64,000 bases of DNA from an uncultured delta proteobacterium (GTDB lineage Bacteria > Desulfobacterota > Binatia > UBA9968): the NCBI GenBank assembly GCA_963771465.1, contig CAVYTU010000015.1, forward strand, positions 864,001 to 928,000. Direction: 5' to 3'. Positions within the stretch are counted from its first letter, which is position 1; every line of letters begins with the position of its first letter. The translations under genes were made by a program, and so were the position numbers. Below the pieces are notes generated by a model, which was not told where the DNA came from, ran no database searches, and was given only the letters and a program-made list of their open reading frames with translations. This document shows positions 49,718-60,666 of the stretch, piece by piece.

Positions 49718-50861
49718 TCATCCCCAAACTTTTCCCGCCGTTTCCAGCATCACGTCAAGCTTGCGGAACTGTTCGTCTTCGCTAAGCAGATTGCCGCGAA
49801 TGCTCGAAGCGAAGCCGCACTGCGGGCTGATCGCCAGCTGCTCAAGCGGCAAGAAGCGCGCCGCATCATCGATGCGCCGGCACAATTCATCGACAGTCTC
49901 CACGCGACCCACCTTGGTCGTGATCAATCCCAAAACGGCAATCTTCCCTTTGGGTACGAAACCGCAACGGCTCAAAACCGCCGGCGCGTTCGGTATCGTA
50001 TTCCAGGAGCAATCGCTGATGCTTGAGACCGTTGAATAGCGTTTCGGCAATCGAGTCGTACTTGCCTTCTCGATGCCACATGCTTTGCCGATTGCCACGG
50101 CAGATATGGATACCGAACGTCATGTTAGAGAAATCGGCGATGACTTCATTGTCGGCCGCAATCGAGCGCTCCATGGTCGCCATCGGTTCTTCGCCCCGCC
50201 CACGCATCGCGGCGACCGAATCGGCGTCGACGTACGCTGTATAACCCGGCCCGTCAATGCCGACGTAGCGGCAGCCCGCCTGCGCGAGCTCCGTTAGCAT
50301 CTGCCGCTCTACGGCAACTACGTCACTCAGGAATTCATCCGTATTCGAATAAACGGCACGTGACGCATCGGCGTCATAACACTGTTGAATCCGATCTGGG
50401 CCGATCAGAGTTACTTTCACCGGCCGGTCAGTCAAACTTTGGGCGAAGCGAAAATCATCAACTAATGTATTGCGAACCAACTTCAGCCGCGCCGTGACAC
50501 GCTTGCGATTGAGCAGGATCGGATCTTGGCCTTTATGCGTGCTTTCTTTGCCGTCATCTTTTCGCGCCAGGATTTCGTGATAAGTTCTCGCCCCCGCCTG
50601 CCATTCTTCTACGCCGGCGACCACGGCGAAACTCTCCATGAAACTGGTCCGGCGAAACTCGCCGTCGACCACGATCGGCAAATTGTGTGCGACTTGTTTC
50701 GCGACGACTTGACGAATCGCCAAGTCCTGCGCACTCTTTAAATCCGCTTCACTCGCTTTGCCCTGACCCCAATCGGCAAAAGCCTGTTTCAATTTTTCTG
50801 GCCGCAATAAGCTGCCGACCAAATCCACCCGCATTGAATCGAGATTCAGCTCCATTGCCAT
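49718..50861 (-). CDS. Cobalamin-independent methionine synthase II family protein; +1 frameshift near 49960
   Basis: VGSLLRP, DGEFRR, Zn ligands HICRGN, LEYD, SPQCGFAS. Two overlapping ORFs join at a TTT run. Confidence 0.88.
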
Positions 50862-51124
50862 CCTTTCTTCGTTCCTAGATTACCCAGCGCTCAGCCGAGC
50901 TCCTTGATTGCCTGCTGCAATGACTAAACTCTATCGATCTACAAGCCTCGTGATACGTACTCCAAGCGCGTCACGAGCGTCAACCTTGAAGGAAGTAGCA
51001 AGGTTATTATGTCAGGGTGGAAGGACGACAGCTCGCCGTGGGACTCGTGACGGCAGCGCAAACTTGACATGAGAGTTGCGATCATGATCTACGGGAATCG
51101 TCCGATTCTGGGAGATCCGTTTTC

Positions 51125-51256
51125 ATGATGGAGCAGATTTCAGAATTCCGCGCCGAACGGCTGTGGGAAGCGAAAAAACTTGCCCTGAAAAAACTCTACG
51201 ACAACTCGTTGTTGCAAAAAATTCAGAAGAAAATGCAAAGTAAGGAAACCTCATGA
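51125..51256 (+). CDS. 43-aa small ORF, possibly the C-terminal remnant of an SBP
   Basis: MMEQISEFRAERLWEAKKLALKKLYDNSLLQKIQKKMQSKETS; its TGA overlaps the LLM ATG (ATGA). Confidence 0.4.
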   Translation: MMEQISEFRAERLWEAKKLALKKLYDNSLLQKIQKKMQSKETS

Positions 51257-52344
51257 AGCTCGGACTCTTCGATCACATGCAAAAACACGACAACCCGGCC
51301 CGTACCTACGTCGACCTGTACAAAAATCATCTCGAAGTTGTGGCATGCGCCGATCAGGCCGGTATGGATTTTTATTTTGTCGCCGAACACCATTTCGACA
51401 TGGGCTTCTCCGAGTGCCCCAGTCCCGGCAGTTTTCTCGGCGCCGCCTCGCAGCGCACGAAGCAAATTCGTCTGGGCCCGCTAGTCTACGTCTTACCGCT
51501 GTGGCATCCGGTGCGCGTCGCCGAAGAAGTCGCGCTGCTCGACAATCTCACCGAAGGGCGCTTGGAGTGCGGCATTGGCGCCGGCATCGGCCCTTTTAGC
51601 TTCGCCGCTTACAATATTCCTTGGGATCAGAAGCGCGAGATGACACTGGAAGCGTTGCACATCATCAAAGGCATCTGGACCCATGAGACGTTCAGCTACG
51701 AAGGCAAATATTTCAAATGCAAAGACATCGACTCCTCGATCCCGCTGGTGCAAAAGCCTTACCCGCCGTTATGGATGCCGACGCGCAGCAAAGATTCGAT
51801 CGAAGAAGCCGCCTCCACCGGCGTCAGCACGGTTCAGTGGGTGCCGGCAGGGATGAAGGCGGCGCGCAAAGCGTTCGATGAATATCGGGAAGTCTACCAA
51901 AAAGCGAAACCCCCTGGGCCAAAGCCGCATATCGGTCTAATGCGCGAAATCTACGTCGCGGAAAGCGATCAGCAAGCACGCGCCGACGGCGAATATCACT
52001 GGAAGAATTTCTGGCAACGGCGCGGTGGCGCGCGTACCTACGGCGCCCACGGCTCCACGGGGCTGTCGACGATTCTCGATGGCGGTCGACGACAGGAATT
52101 AATGGACATGGAACATTCCATCAGCGAAGGTTCGTTTATCTGTGGCTCGCCGGAAACGGTGGTGCGGCAAATCGAGAAAATCGCCAGCGACGCCGGCGCC
52201 GATACGTTTCTCGGCGAGTTTACCTTCGGCGAACTGACTCAGAAGCAAGCCCTGAACTCGCTCCGTCTGTTCACCGAACAAGTCATGCCGGAGCTGAGAA
52301 AGTTCGACATCGATGCACTGAATTATCCGAAGGCGGACACGTAG
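51253..52344 (+). CDS. LLM class flavin-dependent oxidoreductase
   Basis: VAEHHF, HPVRVAEEVALLDNLTEGRLE, QKPYPPLW. Confidence 0.92.
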   Translation: MKLGLFDHMQKHDNPARTYVDLYKNHLEVVACADQAGMDFYFVAEHHFDMGFSECPSPGSFLGAASQRTKQIRLGPLVYVLPLWHPVRVAEEVALLDNLTEGRLECGIGAGIGPFSFAAYNIPWDQKREMTLEALHIIKGIWTHETFSYEGKYFKCKDIDSSIPLVQKPYPPLWMPTRSKDSIEEAASTGVSTVQWVPAGMKAARKAFDEYREVYQKAKPPGPKPHIGLMREIYVAESDQQARADGEYHWKNFWQRRGGARTYGAHGSTGLSTILDGGRRQELMDMEHSISEGSFICGSPETVVRQIEKIASDAGADTFLGEFTFGELTQKQALNSLRLFTEQVMPELRKFDIDALNYPKADT

Positions 52345-52353
52345 CAATGTCGC

Positions 52354-54486
52354 TCACTCCCCAAACAACTCATTGACCAAAAACGTATACGCCAGCGCCG
52401 ACATATACGCCAGCTGCTTGTTGTCCGCCGCGCCGCCGTGGCCGCCTTCGATATTTTCGTAGTAAAGCACATCGTGACCCTGTGCCTTCATCTTGGCGAA
52501 CATCTTGCGCGCGTGCGCCGGATGGACGCGGTCGTCGCGCGTCGAGGTGGTGAACAGCACACGGGGATATTTTTTACCGCTGGCGACATTGTGATAGGGC
52601 GAATACTTACGGATGTATTCCCACTCCTCCGACTTGTCGGGATCGCCGTACTCATCCATCCAACTGGCGCCGGCTAGTAATTTATTGAAACGCCGCATGT
52701 CAAGGAGCGGCACCTGGCAGACCACGGCTTTGAACAGATCGTGCCGCTGTGTCAGCGCCACGCCGACCAGTAAACCACCGTTGGAACCGCCTTGGATGCC
52801 AAGGTGATTCGGCGAAGTCACTTTGCGTGCGATCAAGTCTTCGGCGACGGCGATGAAATCGTCGAAGGCGCGCTGGCGATGTTCCTTGCGCGCGGCGTAA
52901 TGCCAGTTAGGCCCAAACTCGCCGCCGCCGCGAATATTGGCGACCACGTACACGCCGCCTCTTTCCAGCCAAGCGGCGCCGACGCTCGCGCTGTAATTGG
53001 GCAGCAATGAAATCGCAAATCCGCCGTAGCCGTAAAGCAGGGTCGGATTTTTGCCGTTTAGTTGAATCTCCCTCTTGCCCACGAGAAAGTACGGAATTTT
53101 CGTTCCATCTTTTGAAACCGACTCATACTGATTGATTTGCAAACCATCCGCCTTAAAAAAAGCCGGCAAGTTTTTTAGCTTTTCCTGTTCCGCTCGACCG
53201 ATTGCGCCTAAATAGAGACTCGACGGCGTCAAGTAGTCATTGGCGGTCATAAAGTAATCATCCGATTCATCGGCATCGACTCCACGCGCGCGCACGGAAC
53301 CGAACGCCGGCGTCGCCAATTGAATGCGCGCCCACTGGCCGCTATCGCGCTTGAGCGCATAAACTTTGCTGCGCACGTTGTCGAGCTCGTTGAGAATCAA
53401 GTAGTTCTTCGTCGCACTCGTGCTCGATAGCGCTCTGCGCTCACTGGGTTCGAAAAGGACGGCGAACTCCCGCGCACCGCCCAAATACCTCCCGAAATCA
53501 GCGGCGAGCAGAGATCCGGCACGGTACGTTTTGCCGCCAACCGTCCAATCCGAGCGCAGCCGCAGCAGAATCTGATCCATGAAAGTTTCGACGCGCGCAT
53601 CGGCCGGTTTGTCGATCTTGACCCACTCATCGCGGCGACGAATCGACAGCTCACTCGTGAAAAATGTCAGGCCACGCGACATGAATTCATAAATTCGGCC
53701 ATGATCGTGGATCACGCTCGCGGTGACGCTCACGTCTTCCACTTTCCCTTCGAAGATTGTTTTCGCTTCTTGGATCGTCGCGCCGCGCCGCCACTCTTTA
53801 ACGATGCGCGGATAACCGGAGCTGGTCAGCGAACCGGCGCCAGCCTCGGTGCCGACATAGATCGAATCACGATTGCGCCAGGCCACCCGGCTCTTGGCCT
53901 CAGGCAACTTGAAACCATCGGCGACAAACTGCTTGGCATTGACATCGAACTCGCGCATCACCGCGGCGTCGGCGCCACCGCGCGAGAGAAAAATCAACGC
54001 GCGGTCATGGGTCGGCAGCAGAATGTCGGCATCCTTCCAAACCCAGTTTTCCTTCTCTGATTCCGCCAGCTGATCGAGATCGATTAGCGTTTCCCACGCG
54101 GGCTCGGCCTTGCGATACTCCTCAAGAGTGGTTCGCCGCCACACGCCGCGGACATGCCGCGCATCACGCCAAAAGTTGTAATAAAACTCGCCGCGCTTGC
54201 TGATGTTAGGAATGCGCTCGTCGGATTCGTAGATCGACAGCAATCGCCCGCGCAGGCGGTCGAAACCATCGGCCGTTTCAAGTGTCGCCTGACTCGCTGC
54301 GTTTTGCTCGCGTACCCAAGCCAAGGGGCGATCGCCGCCGACATCTTCGAGCCAGAGAAATGGATCTTCATCCGAATTTTGGTTTGGCGTTGACACCGGT
54401 GACGCGCTCATCGACGGATCGATCGAAATCTGAGTTAGCAGAGCCAAAGCGACAGCAACGATTAAAATCTTAATAGTTCCTATCAT
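52354..54486 (-). CDS. Prolyl oligopeptidase (S9A), secreted
   Basis: DPFLWLE, YGYGGF, NIRGGGE, GGSNGG (Ser), DDRV (Asp), GGHG (His). Signal-like N-terminus. Confidence 0.95.
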   Translation of the reverse strand: MIGTIKILIVAVALALLTQISIDPSMSASPVSTPNQNSDEDPFLWLEDVGGDRPLAWVREQNAASQATLETADGFDRLRGRLLSIYESDERIPNISKRGEFYYNFWRDARHVRGVWRRTTLEEYRKAEPAWETLIDLDQLAESEKENWVWKDADILLPTHDRALIFLSRGGADAAVMREFDVNAKQFVADGFKLPEAKSRVAWRNRDSIYVGTEAGAGSLTSSGYPRIVKEWRRGATIQEAKTIFEGKVEDVSVTASVIHDHGRIYEFMSRGLTFFTSELSIRRRDEWVKIDKPADARVETFMDQILLRLRSDWTVGGKTYRAGSLLAADFGRYLGGAREFAVLFEPSERRALSSTSATKNYLILNELDNVRSKVYALKRDSGQWARIQLATPAFGSVRARGVDADESDDYFMTANDYLTPSSLYLGAIGRAEQEKLKNLPAFFKADGLQINQYESVSKDGTKIPYFLVGKREIQLNGKNPTLLYGYGGFAISLLPNYSASVGAAWLERGGVYVVANIRGGGEFGPNWHYAARKEHRQRAFDDFIAVAEDLIARKVTSPNHLGIQGGSNGGLLVGVALTQRHDLFKAVVCQVPLLDMRRFNKLLAGASWMDEYGDPDKSEEWEYIRKYSPYHNVASGKKYPRVLFTTSTRDDRVHPAHARKMFAKMKAQGHDVLYYENIEGGHGGAADNKQLAYMSALAYTFLVNELFGE

Positions 54487-54767
54487 CGAATGGCCGAAAG
54501 CGGAACGCCTATAAAATCGGCGTTCATAAAAATTGGCGGCGTGGGAAGTATAGTATCTTGTTGGGGTCGATTGAAACTGTCTATTGCGTCATTTCGATCG
54601 CCACGCGGTAACTCGGCAAGCGCTAACCTCCGGAAAAATCCTGTGGGTAGATCAAAAAAGCGTCTGGTAATTCCACGGCACGCGGTCCTTGCCTTTGTAG
54701 ATCGCCGGGTAGAGATCGATCAAATGAGTTCCCGCTTCGCCGGTAGCGATCCGGTAAGAAATGCTAA

Positions 54768-55139
54768 TCAACCGGCGGCGAACTTCTTCGGCCGAATCAC
54801 CGCGCGACGGTGCTTGCCCTCGCCGATCTTGACCCCAGCATCGTTGATGGCCGACACGGCGTAGCGAATTTTGTTGCCATCGATCTCCAATATTTCCGCG
54901 GTCACGGTCACGCTCTGGCCGATCTTGGTCGGCGCCAGGTGATACACGTCGACGTGCATGCCGACCGTATTTTCGCCCTCGTCCAAGTACGGCGCCGTCA
55001 AACGCACGCAAGTTCCTTCCATCAAACCGATCATCGCCGGCGTCGAAAACACATCGGCAGTCAATTGCGTCGCGCGCATCTGCGCAGTCGTCTCGTAGGT
55101 CTGCGTATGCGTTAATCCGGGTTTGAGTTCACTCTTCAT
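54768..55139 (-). CDS. Hotdog-fold thioesterase (fluoroacetyl-CoA thioesterase FlK-like)
   Basis: VFSTPAMIGLME, TVG..V..HLAPT, IGEGKHRR. Confidence 0.88.
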   Translation of the reverse strand: MKSELKPGLTHTQTYETTAQMRATQLTADVFSTPAMIGLMEGTCVRLTAPYLDEGENTVGMHVDVYHLAPTKIGQSVTVTAEILEIDGNKIRYAVSAINDAGVKIGEGKHRRAVIRPKKFAAG

Positions 55140-55167
55140 GTTGCTAATGACTTAGTTGGCGGCGCCG

Positions 55168-55983
55168 TTATTTTTTGCTGGGCGTTAGCACCAATAACTG
55201 CTTCTCTGAATCCACCGCAATTTGAAAGCGGCTAAGGAAATCGAACCCTAACAACCCTTCGTAACTCGGATCAGGCGAAAAATCGTGAACGCTCACCCGC
55301 ATACTCTTCTGTCCGGCCGTGCCAACCTTGATCGCCTCAACCAGGCCAACGTCCGTTGACACAGTACCGCCAATTCCATAACTTCGTCCCGAAGCGATAG
55401 ATAGCAACCTCAACTCTCTAGCTATTCGCTTCGATATCGTCGTTTGGGACGCACCGGTATCCATCACAAGATTGCCAATGACACTGCTATTACCGTTGTA
55501 GAATGTGACCGGCACTACCACCAAGTTACGTAGGATCTTGACGGGAATCGTGATTGCGCCCGTCGCAGACGCTGTCGTCGCAGCCTCTGGTGCGCTGCTC
55601 GCAGGTCCAATCATCACCGCATTCCTCGGCATCGCGCGAAAGTGATCGTCAACTTTCCTCGCTTCAGCGTTGTCGCTCCCCTTGATCCAGCCGACGTTGC
55701 CCGCGCTAGTCTTCACCATAAACCATTTCATTCCGCCCGGACCCGTGGTCTCGGCGATCGGCGAAAACGCGCCGCCATCGCGGACCGATTCAATTGGCAG
55801 TGAAAATTCGTCGGCTGCCGTATAAACCATCACTTCGTTCGCTTTCGCCGGCGCCTGCGCGCTCGCCGCCGCGCGCGCATCGCGCGGAGCGGCACTCACA
55901 GAAGTCAAAGCAAAGACGGCAACGGCGCTTAAAAGCGCCGCGCGGTCGAAAAAAGATTGCTGGCGATCACAGCGAATTATCAT
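55168..55983 (-). CDS. Secreted retropepsin-like aspartic protease with SH3-like N-terminal domain
   Basis: VMDTGAS, GLLGFDFL, WFMVKT..GNVGWI. Confidence 0.85.
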   Translation of the reverse strand: MIIRCDRQQSFFDRAALLSAVAVFALTSVSAAPRDARAAASAQAPAKANEVMVYTAADEFSLPIESVRDGGAFSPIAETTGPGGMKWFMVKTSAGNVGWIKGSDNAEARKVDDHFRAMPRNAVMIGPASSAPEAATTASATGAITIPVKILRNLVVVPVTFYNGNSSVIGNLVMDTGASQTTISKRIARELRLLSIASGRSYGIGGTVSTDVGLVEAIKVGTAGQKSMRVSVHDFSPDPSYEGLLGFDFLSRFQIAVDSEKQLLVLTPSKK

Positions 55984-56123
55984 AAACGATATTCTCCTTT
56001 TCGTTGCTCACTCGAAATGGGTCAACAGCGGCTGCCGATAGTTCATCGCCGCGCAGCCATCGATTTATTAGGTGGTGCGATGATACCACGCATTCAGACC
56101 CGAAGGCTCGAAAAATCTTAACG

Positions 56124-57440
56124 CTACGCGCCGGCCAGTTCGACCACTTCGCCCAACTCTGATTTCTCCGCATTGCGACGATCGATTGTGAGAGCGAGGC
56201 ATGCGGCGACGAGTCCCAGGCAACCGCCGATCAGAAAAGCGTAATGATAGTCGCCGAAGTGAACTCTGACCCAACCGCCGAGGATGGCGGCGGAAGCGCC
56301 GCCGAGCTGATGGAAAACAAAGACCGTGCCGAAAATGCTGCCGACGCGCTCCGAACCGAAGGTGCGCGCGATGATCGTCGTGGTCGCCGGGCCCGAAGCG
56401 TACCAGTCGAGACCGTAAAGCACGGCGAACATGAATAATCCCGTCGACTCGGAAACTTGCGTTAACAAAAGCAATGCCGTGCCACGCAGCGCGTACACGA
56501 CCGCAAGGACTTTCCGCGGATCGATACGGTCGACGAGATAACCGGAAAATGTCGTGCCGATGAAACTTGCGCCGCCCATGATGCCCACGGCCGCAGCGGC
56601 GGTGACTTGTGGAATGCCGCGTTCAATGGCGTGGGGAATGAGATGCGTGCCGATGAGACCGTTGGCAGTCACGCCGCAGATGAAAAAGCAGCCGGCAAGA
56701 ATCCAAAACGTCGAAGTTCTAATCACCTCCGACATCGCCGTCATCGACATCGGCCGAATAACGCCACGAGTGTAACCGCCGGATCGTTTTGGCGAGACGC
56801 TTCCCTGGCCGGATCGGTATGGCTCAAGACCAACATCGGAAGGATTGTCGCGCATCCAGAACCAGATCGCCGGGAGCAGCAAAGCCGCGGTCACCGTGAT
56901 CATCGTCAGCGCGCTGCGCCAGCCGGCGACAAGGATAACCGACATCAGCAACGGCAGAAAAACAATTTGCCCGGCGGCATTGGCATTGGTCATGATCCCG
57001 ATCGCCAAGCCGCGCCGGTCGACGAACCAGCGCGCCGCGATACTTGCACCGAGCGCCGGCGTGATGCCCGTCGCGATGCCTAAAACGACGCCCCAGAGTA
57101 AAATCAGTTGCCAAAGTTGCTGCACGAACACCACGCCGGTGAGTCCCACCGCCATACTCATGAGACTGCCAAGAATGACGCGGCGCGGGCCGAAGCGATC
57201 GATCAACCAGCCGCCCACCGGTGCGAACAATCCCAAAAGCAAAAGATTGAGACTTGCAGCCGAAGCGATCTCCGTCCGGGTCCAACCAAACTCAGCTTCG
57301 AGCGGATGGATCAGCACTGAAGGCGCCGACCGAATGCCAGCGGCGGTGAGGTTAGCAAAGAAACTTAGGAGAACAACGAACCAGCCGTAATAGATAGGAC
57401 AGAGGGTTAGAATGCGCTGCGATTTTTGATCACTGTCCAT
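56124..57440 (-). CDS. MFS transporter
   Basis: YYGWFVV, GWLIDRFGPRR, WFVDRRGLAIG, GYLVDRIDPRK; about 12 TM segments. Confidence 0.93.
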   Translation of the reverse strand: MDSDQKSQRILTLCPIYYGWFVVLLSFFANLTAAGIRSAPSVLIHPLEAEFGWTRTEIASAASLNLLLLGLFAPVGGWLIDRFGPRRVILGSLMSMAVGLTGVVFVQQLWQLILLWGVVLGIATGITPALGASIAARWFVDRRGLAIGIMTNANAAGQIVFLPLLMSVILVAGWRSALTMITVTAALLLPAIWFWMRDNPSDVGLEPYRSGQGSVSPKRSGGYTRGVIRPMSMTAMSEVIRTSTFWILAGCFFICGVTANGLIGTHLIPHAIERGIPQVTAAAAVGIMGGASFIGTTFSGYLVDRIDPRKVLAVVYALRGTALLLLTQVSESTGLFMFAVLYGLDWYASGPATTTIIARTFGSERVGSIFGTVFVFHQLGGASAAILGGWVRVHFGDYHYAFLIGGCLGLVAACLALTIDRRNAEKSELGEVVELAGA

Positions 57441-57599
57441 CTGCACCCTGTAACACAAAACCCGAGGCCGTAGAATCGCCAGCGCAGCAGCCGACACATC
57501 AGAGCGTTTTCGCTTTGGCTAGACTTGCGAGCTTTCTGATCCTGCGCCAGTCAGGATTTTTCCCGGAATGACATTTTAAAATGTTTTGCGGCGCGACTT

Positions 57600-58619
57600 T
57601 TACAAATCTTTGAGCGCCGGCATCACCCGCTCGGCAAACAAACGAAGATTCTTCAGCGCCATCTCCTGGGGCATGCCGCCGAAATGAAAGGTGCCGGAAA
57701 AAGTCGTGATGCCGGCTTCTTCATGCCAGCGCTGGATGGTGTCGCCGCACCGCTGGGGATCGCCAATGATGATAAAGCCGCGCGCCATGTCCGCGCCGAT
57801 GTCGCGCTCGCTGAGCTTGCGCGTCGGATCCACCGCCGTGTGAATGTCGCTGTAGTTTTTCATGAACGGCGCCGCCTCGCGCATACCACGCTCAAAACTA
57901 TCCGAGACATAGATGTGAAACTTGCCGAGCACTTCGCGTTTGACGAAGTCGTGGCCGGCGCGCGCCAGCTCGTCGCGGTACATTTTCACTAATTCGCGCA
58001 GCGCATGAGTGCTCGGATGCACGAACGGCACGGTCATCAGCTCGTAACCGCTTTTGCCCGCCCAGCGAAACGTCTCTTCGCTACGCGTCGCTCCGACCCA
58101 GATATTAGGATGCGGCCGCTGCACCGGCTTGGGTAAAATGTCGACACCGTCGTAATTGTAAAACTCGCCGTGAAAGTTTACCGGCTGATCCGACCAAGCC
58201 TGGCGAATGATCTCGGCGCATTCGGTAAAGCGCGCCGTCCCCTCGTCACGGTTCATGGCGAATTTTCTATACTCCACCGGCTCACTGCCCTTGCCGATAC
58301 CGAAATCCAACCGACCGCCGGAGATCACATCGGCCATCGCGTAGGCTTCGGCCAGCTGTAGTGGATTGTGCAGCGGCAATACCGCCACCGCAACGCCGAG
58401 GCGAATACGCGCCGTCTTGCACGCGACCGCCGACAGGAAAGTCGGCGGATGCGGCAAGCTGCCGCCGTAGCCGCCAAAATGATGTTCAGTGATCCAAGCT
58501 TGATCGAAGCCGAGCTTTTCCACTTCGATGATCTGATCGAACATTTGCTGGTAAAAATCCGGCAACGGACCTTCGACTTCCGGCATGTAGGTCGGCAGAA
58601 TGTGAATGCCAAATTTCAT
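57600..58619 (-). CDS. LLM class flavin-dependent oxidoreductase
   Basis: ITEHHF, NPLQLAEAYAMADVISGGRLDFG, PKPVQRPHP. Confidence 0.92.
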   Translation of the reverse strand: MKFGIHILPTYMPEVEGPLPDFYQQMFDQIIEVEKLGFDQAWITEHHFGGYGGSLPHPPTFLSAVACKTARIRLGVAVAVLPLHNPLQLAEAYAMADVISGGRLDFGIGKGSEPVEYRKFAMNRDEGTARFTECAEIIRQAWSDQPVNFHGEFYNYDGVDILPKPVQRPHPNIWVGATRSEETFRWAGKSGYELMTVPFVHPSTHALRELVKMYRDELARAGHDFVKREVLGKFHIYVSDSFERGMREAAPFMKNYSDIHTAVDPTRKLSERDIGADMARGFIIIGDPQRCGDTIQRWHEEAGITTFSGTFHFGGMPQEMALKNLRLFAERVMPALKDL

Positions 58620-58771
58620 CTAATCTCCATCGGTGGTCTATCCGGACCGGGCGAAATAACATCCGTCATCTCCCTTGCCGGCCCGCTCGCCTCCGCCAAC
58701 GGCGCCGGCGCGCAAGGCAATTGACTAACCCAGCGAAGCCGGGGGCATCATTCGAGTACGCCTCGCGACTC

Positions 58772-59797
58772 TTAGAACAGAATCGTTTTCAGTTTGGCTA
58801 AAATCCCCGGGTCCAGCTTGAAAATCCCGTCCACGGTTTTCTTCATGTCATCGGCGGTCACCGGCGCCAGCCCGATCTTGGCCTTATCCGCCTCTCCGAT
58901 GAAGTCCGGATCTTTGACCGTCTCTTGCAACGCTTTTTGCAGAATCTGCGCGCGATCGTTCGGTGTCCCAGGCGGCAGTGCTAGTGTCTTGGTGATCTTA
59001 CTCGGAAAGTGTATGCCGACCTCGATCAATTGCTTTGCCTCCGGTGTCTTGGCGAAATCGATGGCAAGCGGAACCTTTGCCAAGTCGGGAAATGGTTTCG
59101 GCACGGTTTGCAACACGACGACCACCGTTCCCGTGTCGAGCGCTTTTTGCCATGTGCCGCGCATCGAGTCCCAACCCCAGGTCGTACCGTCGATCTCGCC
59201 GCTCTCTGCGGCCAAGCGCATGTCCGCCGTGCCTTTGTAGCCGGAAATGATTTGGATCGGCAAGTTGAGCGCCGCTTTGATGACTTTGATGACGTTGTCG
59301 GTGCCGAAGGCGCCCGGTCCTGTCGTGCCGAGTTTTACTGGAGTCTTAGCAGCGAACCATCGCTCCATGCTGGTGATGCCGCTCGCCTTGGTCAGCGCGA
59401 TGGCGCTTTCGTCGCGCGCCACGGCGCCGACGTAAACGAATTTCTGTGTGTCGAGTTCGATTCCCGGCTGTCCCATCACCTGATTGAATGCGAAGCCGCC
59501 GCTGAAATGACCCATCGTCAGGCCATCAGGTTTGGCGACTTTGTAGATGTGATTGGCCGCGAGCAAGCTTCCCGCGCCGGTCATGTTCTCAACGAGAATC
59601 GTCGGCTGGCCGGGAATATATTTGGGCATATGGCGCGACAGCATGCGCGCCAAGGCATCGTAGCCGCCGCCGGGCGAAAAACCGACGATAATACGAATCG
59701 CTTTACCCTGATAAAAATCGGATTGCGCGATTGCAATCGTTGTGCTCGAAAGAAACAAACTCGCCAGCGCCGTCAGCGCAAAGAATATTTTCACCAT
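58772..59797 (-). CDS. Tripartite tricarboxylate transporter substrate-binding protein (Bug/TctC)
   Basis: IIVGFSPGGGYD, VENMTGAG, KPDGLT, GYKG, LPPGTP. Confidence 0.92.
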   Translation of the reverse strand: MVKIFFALTALASLFLSSTTIAIAQSDFYQGKAIRIIVGFSPGGGYDALARMLSRHMPKYIPGQPTILVENMTGAGSLLAANHIYKVAKPDGLTMGHFSGGFAFNQVMGQPGIELDTQKFVYVGAVARDESAIALTKASGITSMERWFAAKTPVKLGTTGPGAFGTDNVIKVIKAALNLPIQIISGYKGTADMRLAAESGEIDGTTWGWDSMRGTWQKALDTGTVVVVLQTVPKPFPDLAKVPLAIDFAKTPEAKQLIEVGIHFPSKITKTLALPPGTPNDRAQILQKALQETVKDPDFIGEADKAKIGLAPVTADDMKKTVDGIFKLDPGILAKLKTILF

Positions 59798-60165
59798 GAA
59801 TTCGTCTCCTTGTCTCCGCAACATTCAATAGCGTTTGCGATGGCCAGTCGAGCAATTCAGCGTCATCTGCTCACCGCAATCCTTCACGCCTTTCTCCGCT
59901 GCCAAACTCTCAGAAGGGCAGCGAGAATCGCGGTCGAAAGCGTCACGCGTACGAATCGATGCATGCAATTCTCCGTGCCGCGAAACTAGTGCAAAACCAG
60001 TCCCTCCGTCAAATCGAAAGGCCCCTGCCGAAAGTATTCGTCCGATAATTTGAAATCTGAAATTATCTGAAATTTGTAATTTGGCATCGCGTCGCGCGCC
60101 GGTTGACGCCACTTCAGTTCTTTTGTTAAAGCTTGGTCAGCTTCGTTTTAAAGGGAGGCACTGCC

Positions 60166-60666
60166 ATGTCCTTTACGCTCGAATCGTTCGCCTCGGAATG
60201 TCAGCGTATTCTCAAAGCGGACGCCGGCCGCGCCGGCAGAGAAAAAGTCGGCGCTCTCGTCCAGGAAGCGCTCAAAGACGAAAAGTTCATCGCCGCCTAC
60301 GTGAACGACGACACGCCCGATCGCCAGGTGATCTACGAAGACGCGGAACTTGGCTTTTGCGTCTGCGCCCACGTCAATCGCGAAGCGCGCGAAGCCAATC
60401 CGCACGATCATGGCAGCTCTTGGGCGATCTACGGACAGGCTTGGGGTGAAACGGAAATGAGCGACTGGGAAGTTCTCGAAGCCGCCGCCGAAGGCAAGCC
60501 CGGAAAAGTCCGGCGCGGCCAAGTTTACACGCTCAAACCGGGCATGGCGCACATCTATCATGAAGGCGATGTTCACTCGCCCAAACGCACCGCCGCCACC
60601 GGCCTCCTGCGCATCGAAGGGAAAAACACCTCGAAGATGAAACGCTATCCGTACAAGGCGGTGTAA
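60166..60666 (+). CDS. Cupin-fold protein (cysteine dioxygenase-like)
   Basis: PHDHGSSWAIYG and VHSP. GGAGG RBS. Confidence 0.75.
   Translation: MSFTLESFASECQRILKADAGRAGREKVGALVQEALKDEKFIAAYVNDDTPDRQVIYEDAELGFCVCAHVNREAREANPHDHGSSWAIYGQAWGETEMSDWEVLEAAAEGKPGKVRRGQVYTLKPGMAHIYHEGDVHSPKRTAATGLLRIEGKNTSKMKRYPYKAV

Noticed and set aside
50862-51060. SAM or cobalamin riboswitch upstream of the MetE-like gene
   Set aside because: Hairpins are present, but I could not recognise SAM-I, SAM-II or B12-box consensus sequences.
59009-59989. Long alternative-frame ORFs (also 9265-10209, 34996-35958, 60966-61805)
   Set aside because: They are antisense shadows of well-supported genes, expected in GC-rich DNA, and contain no motifs.
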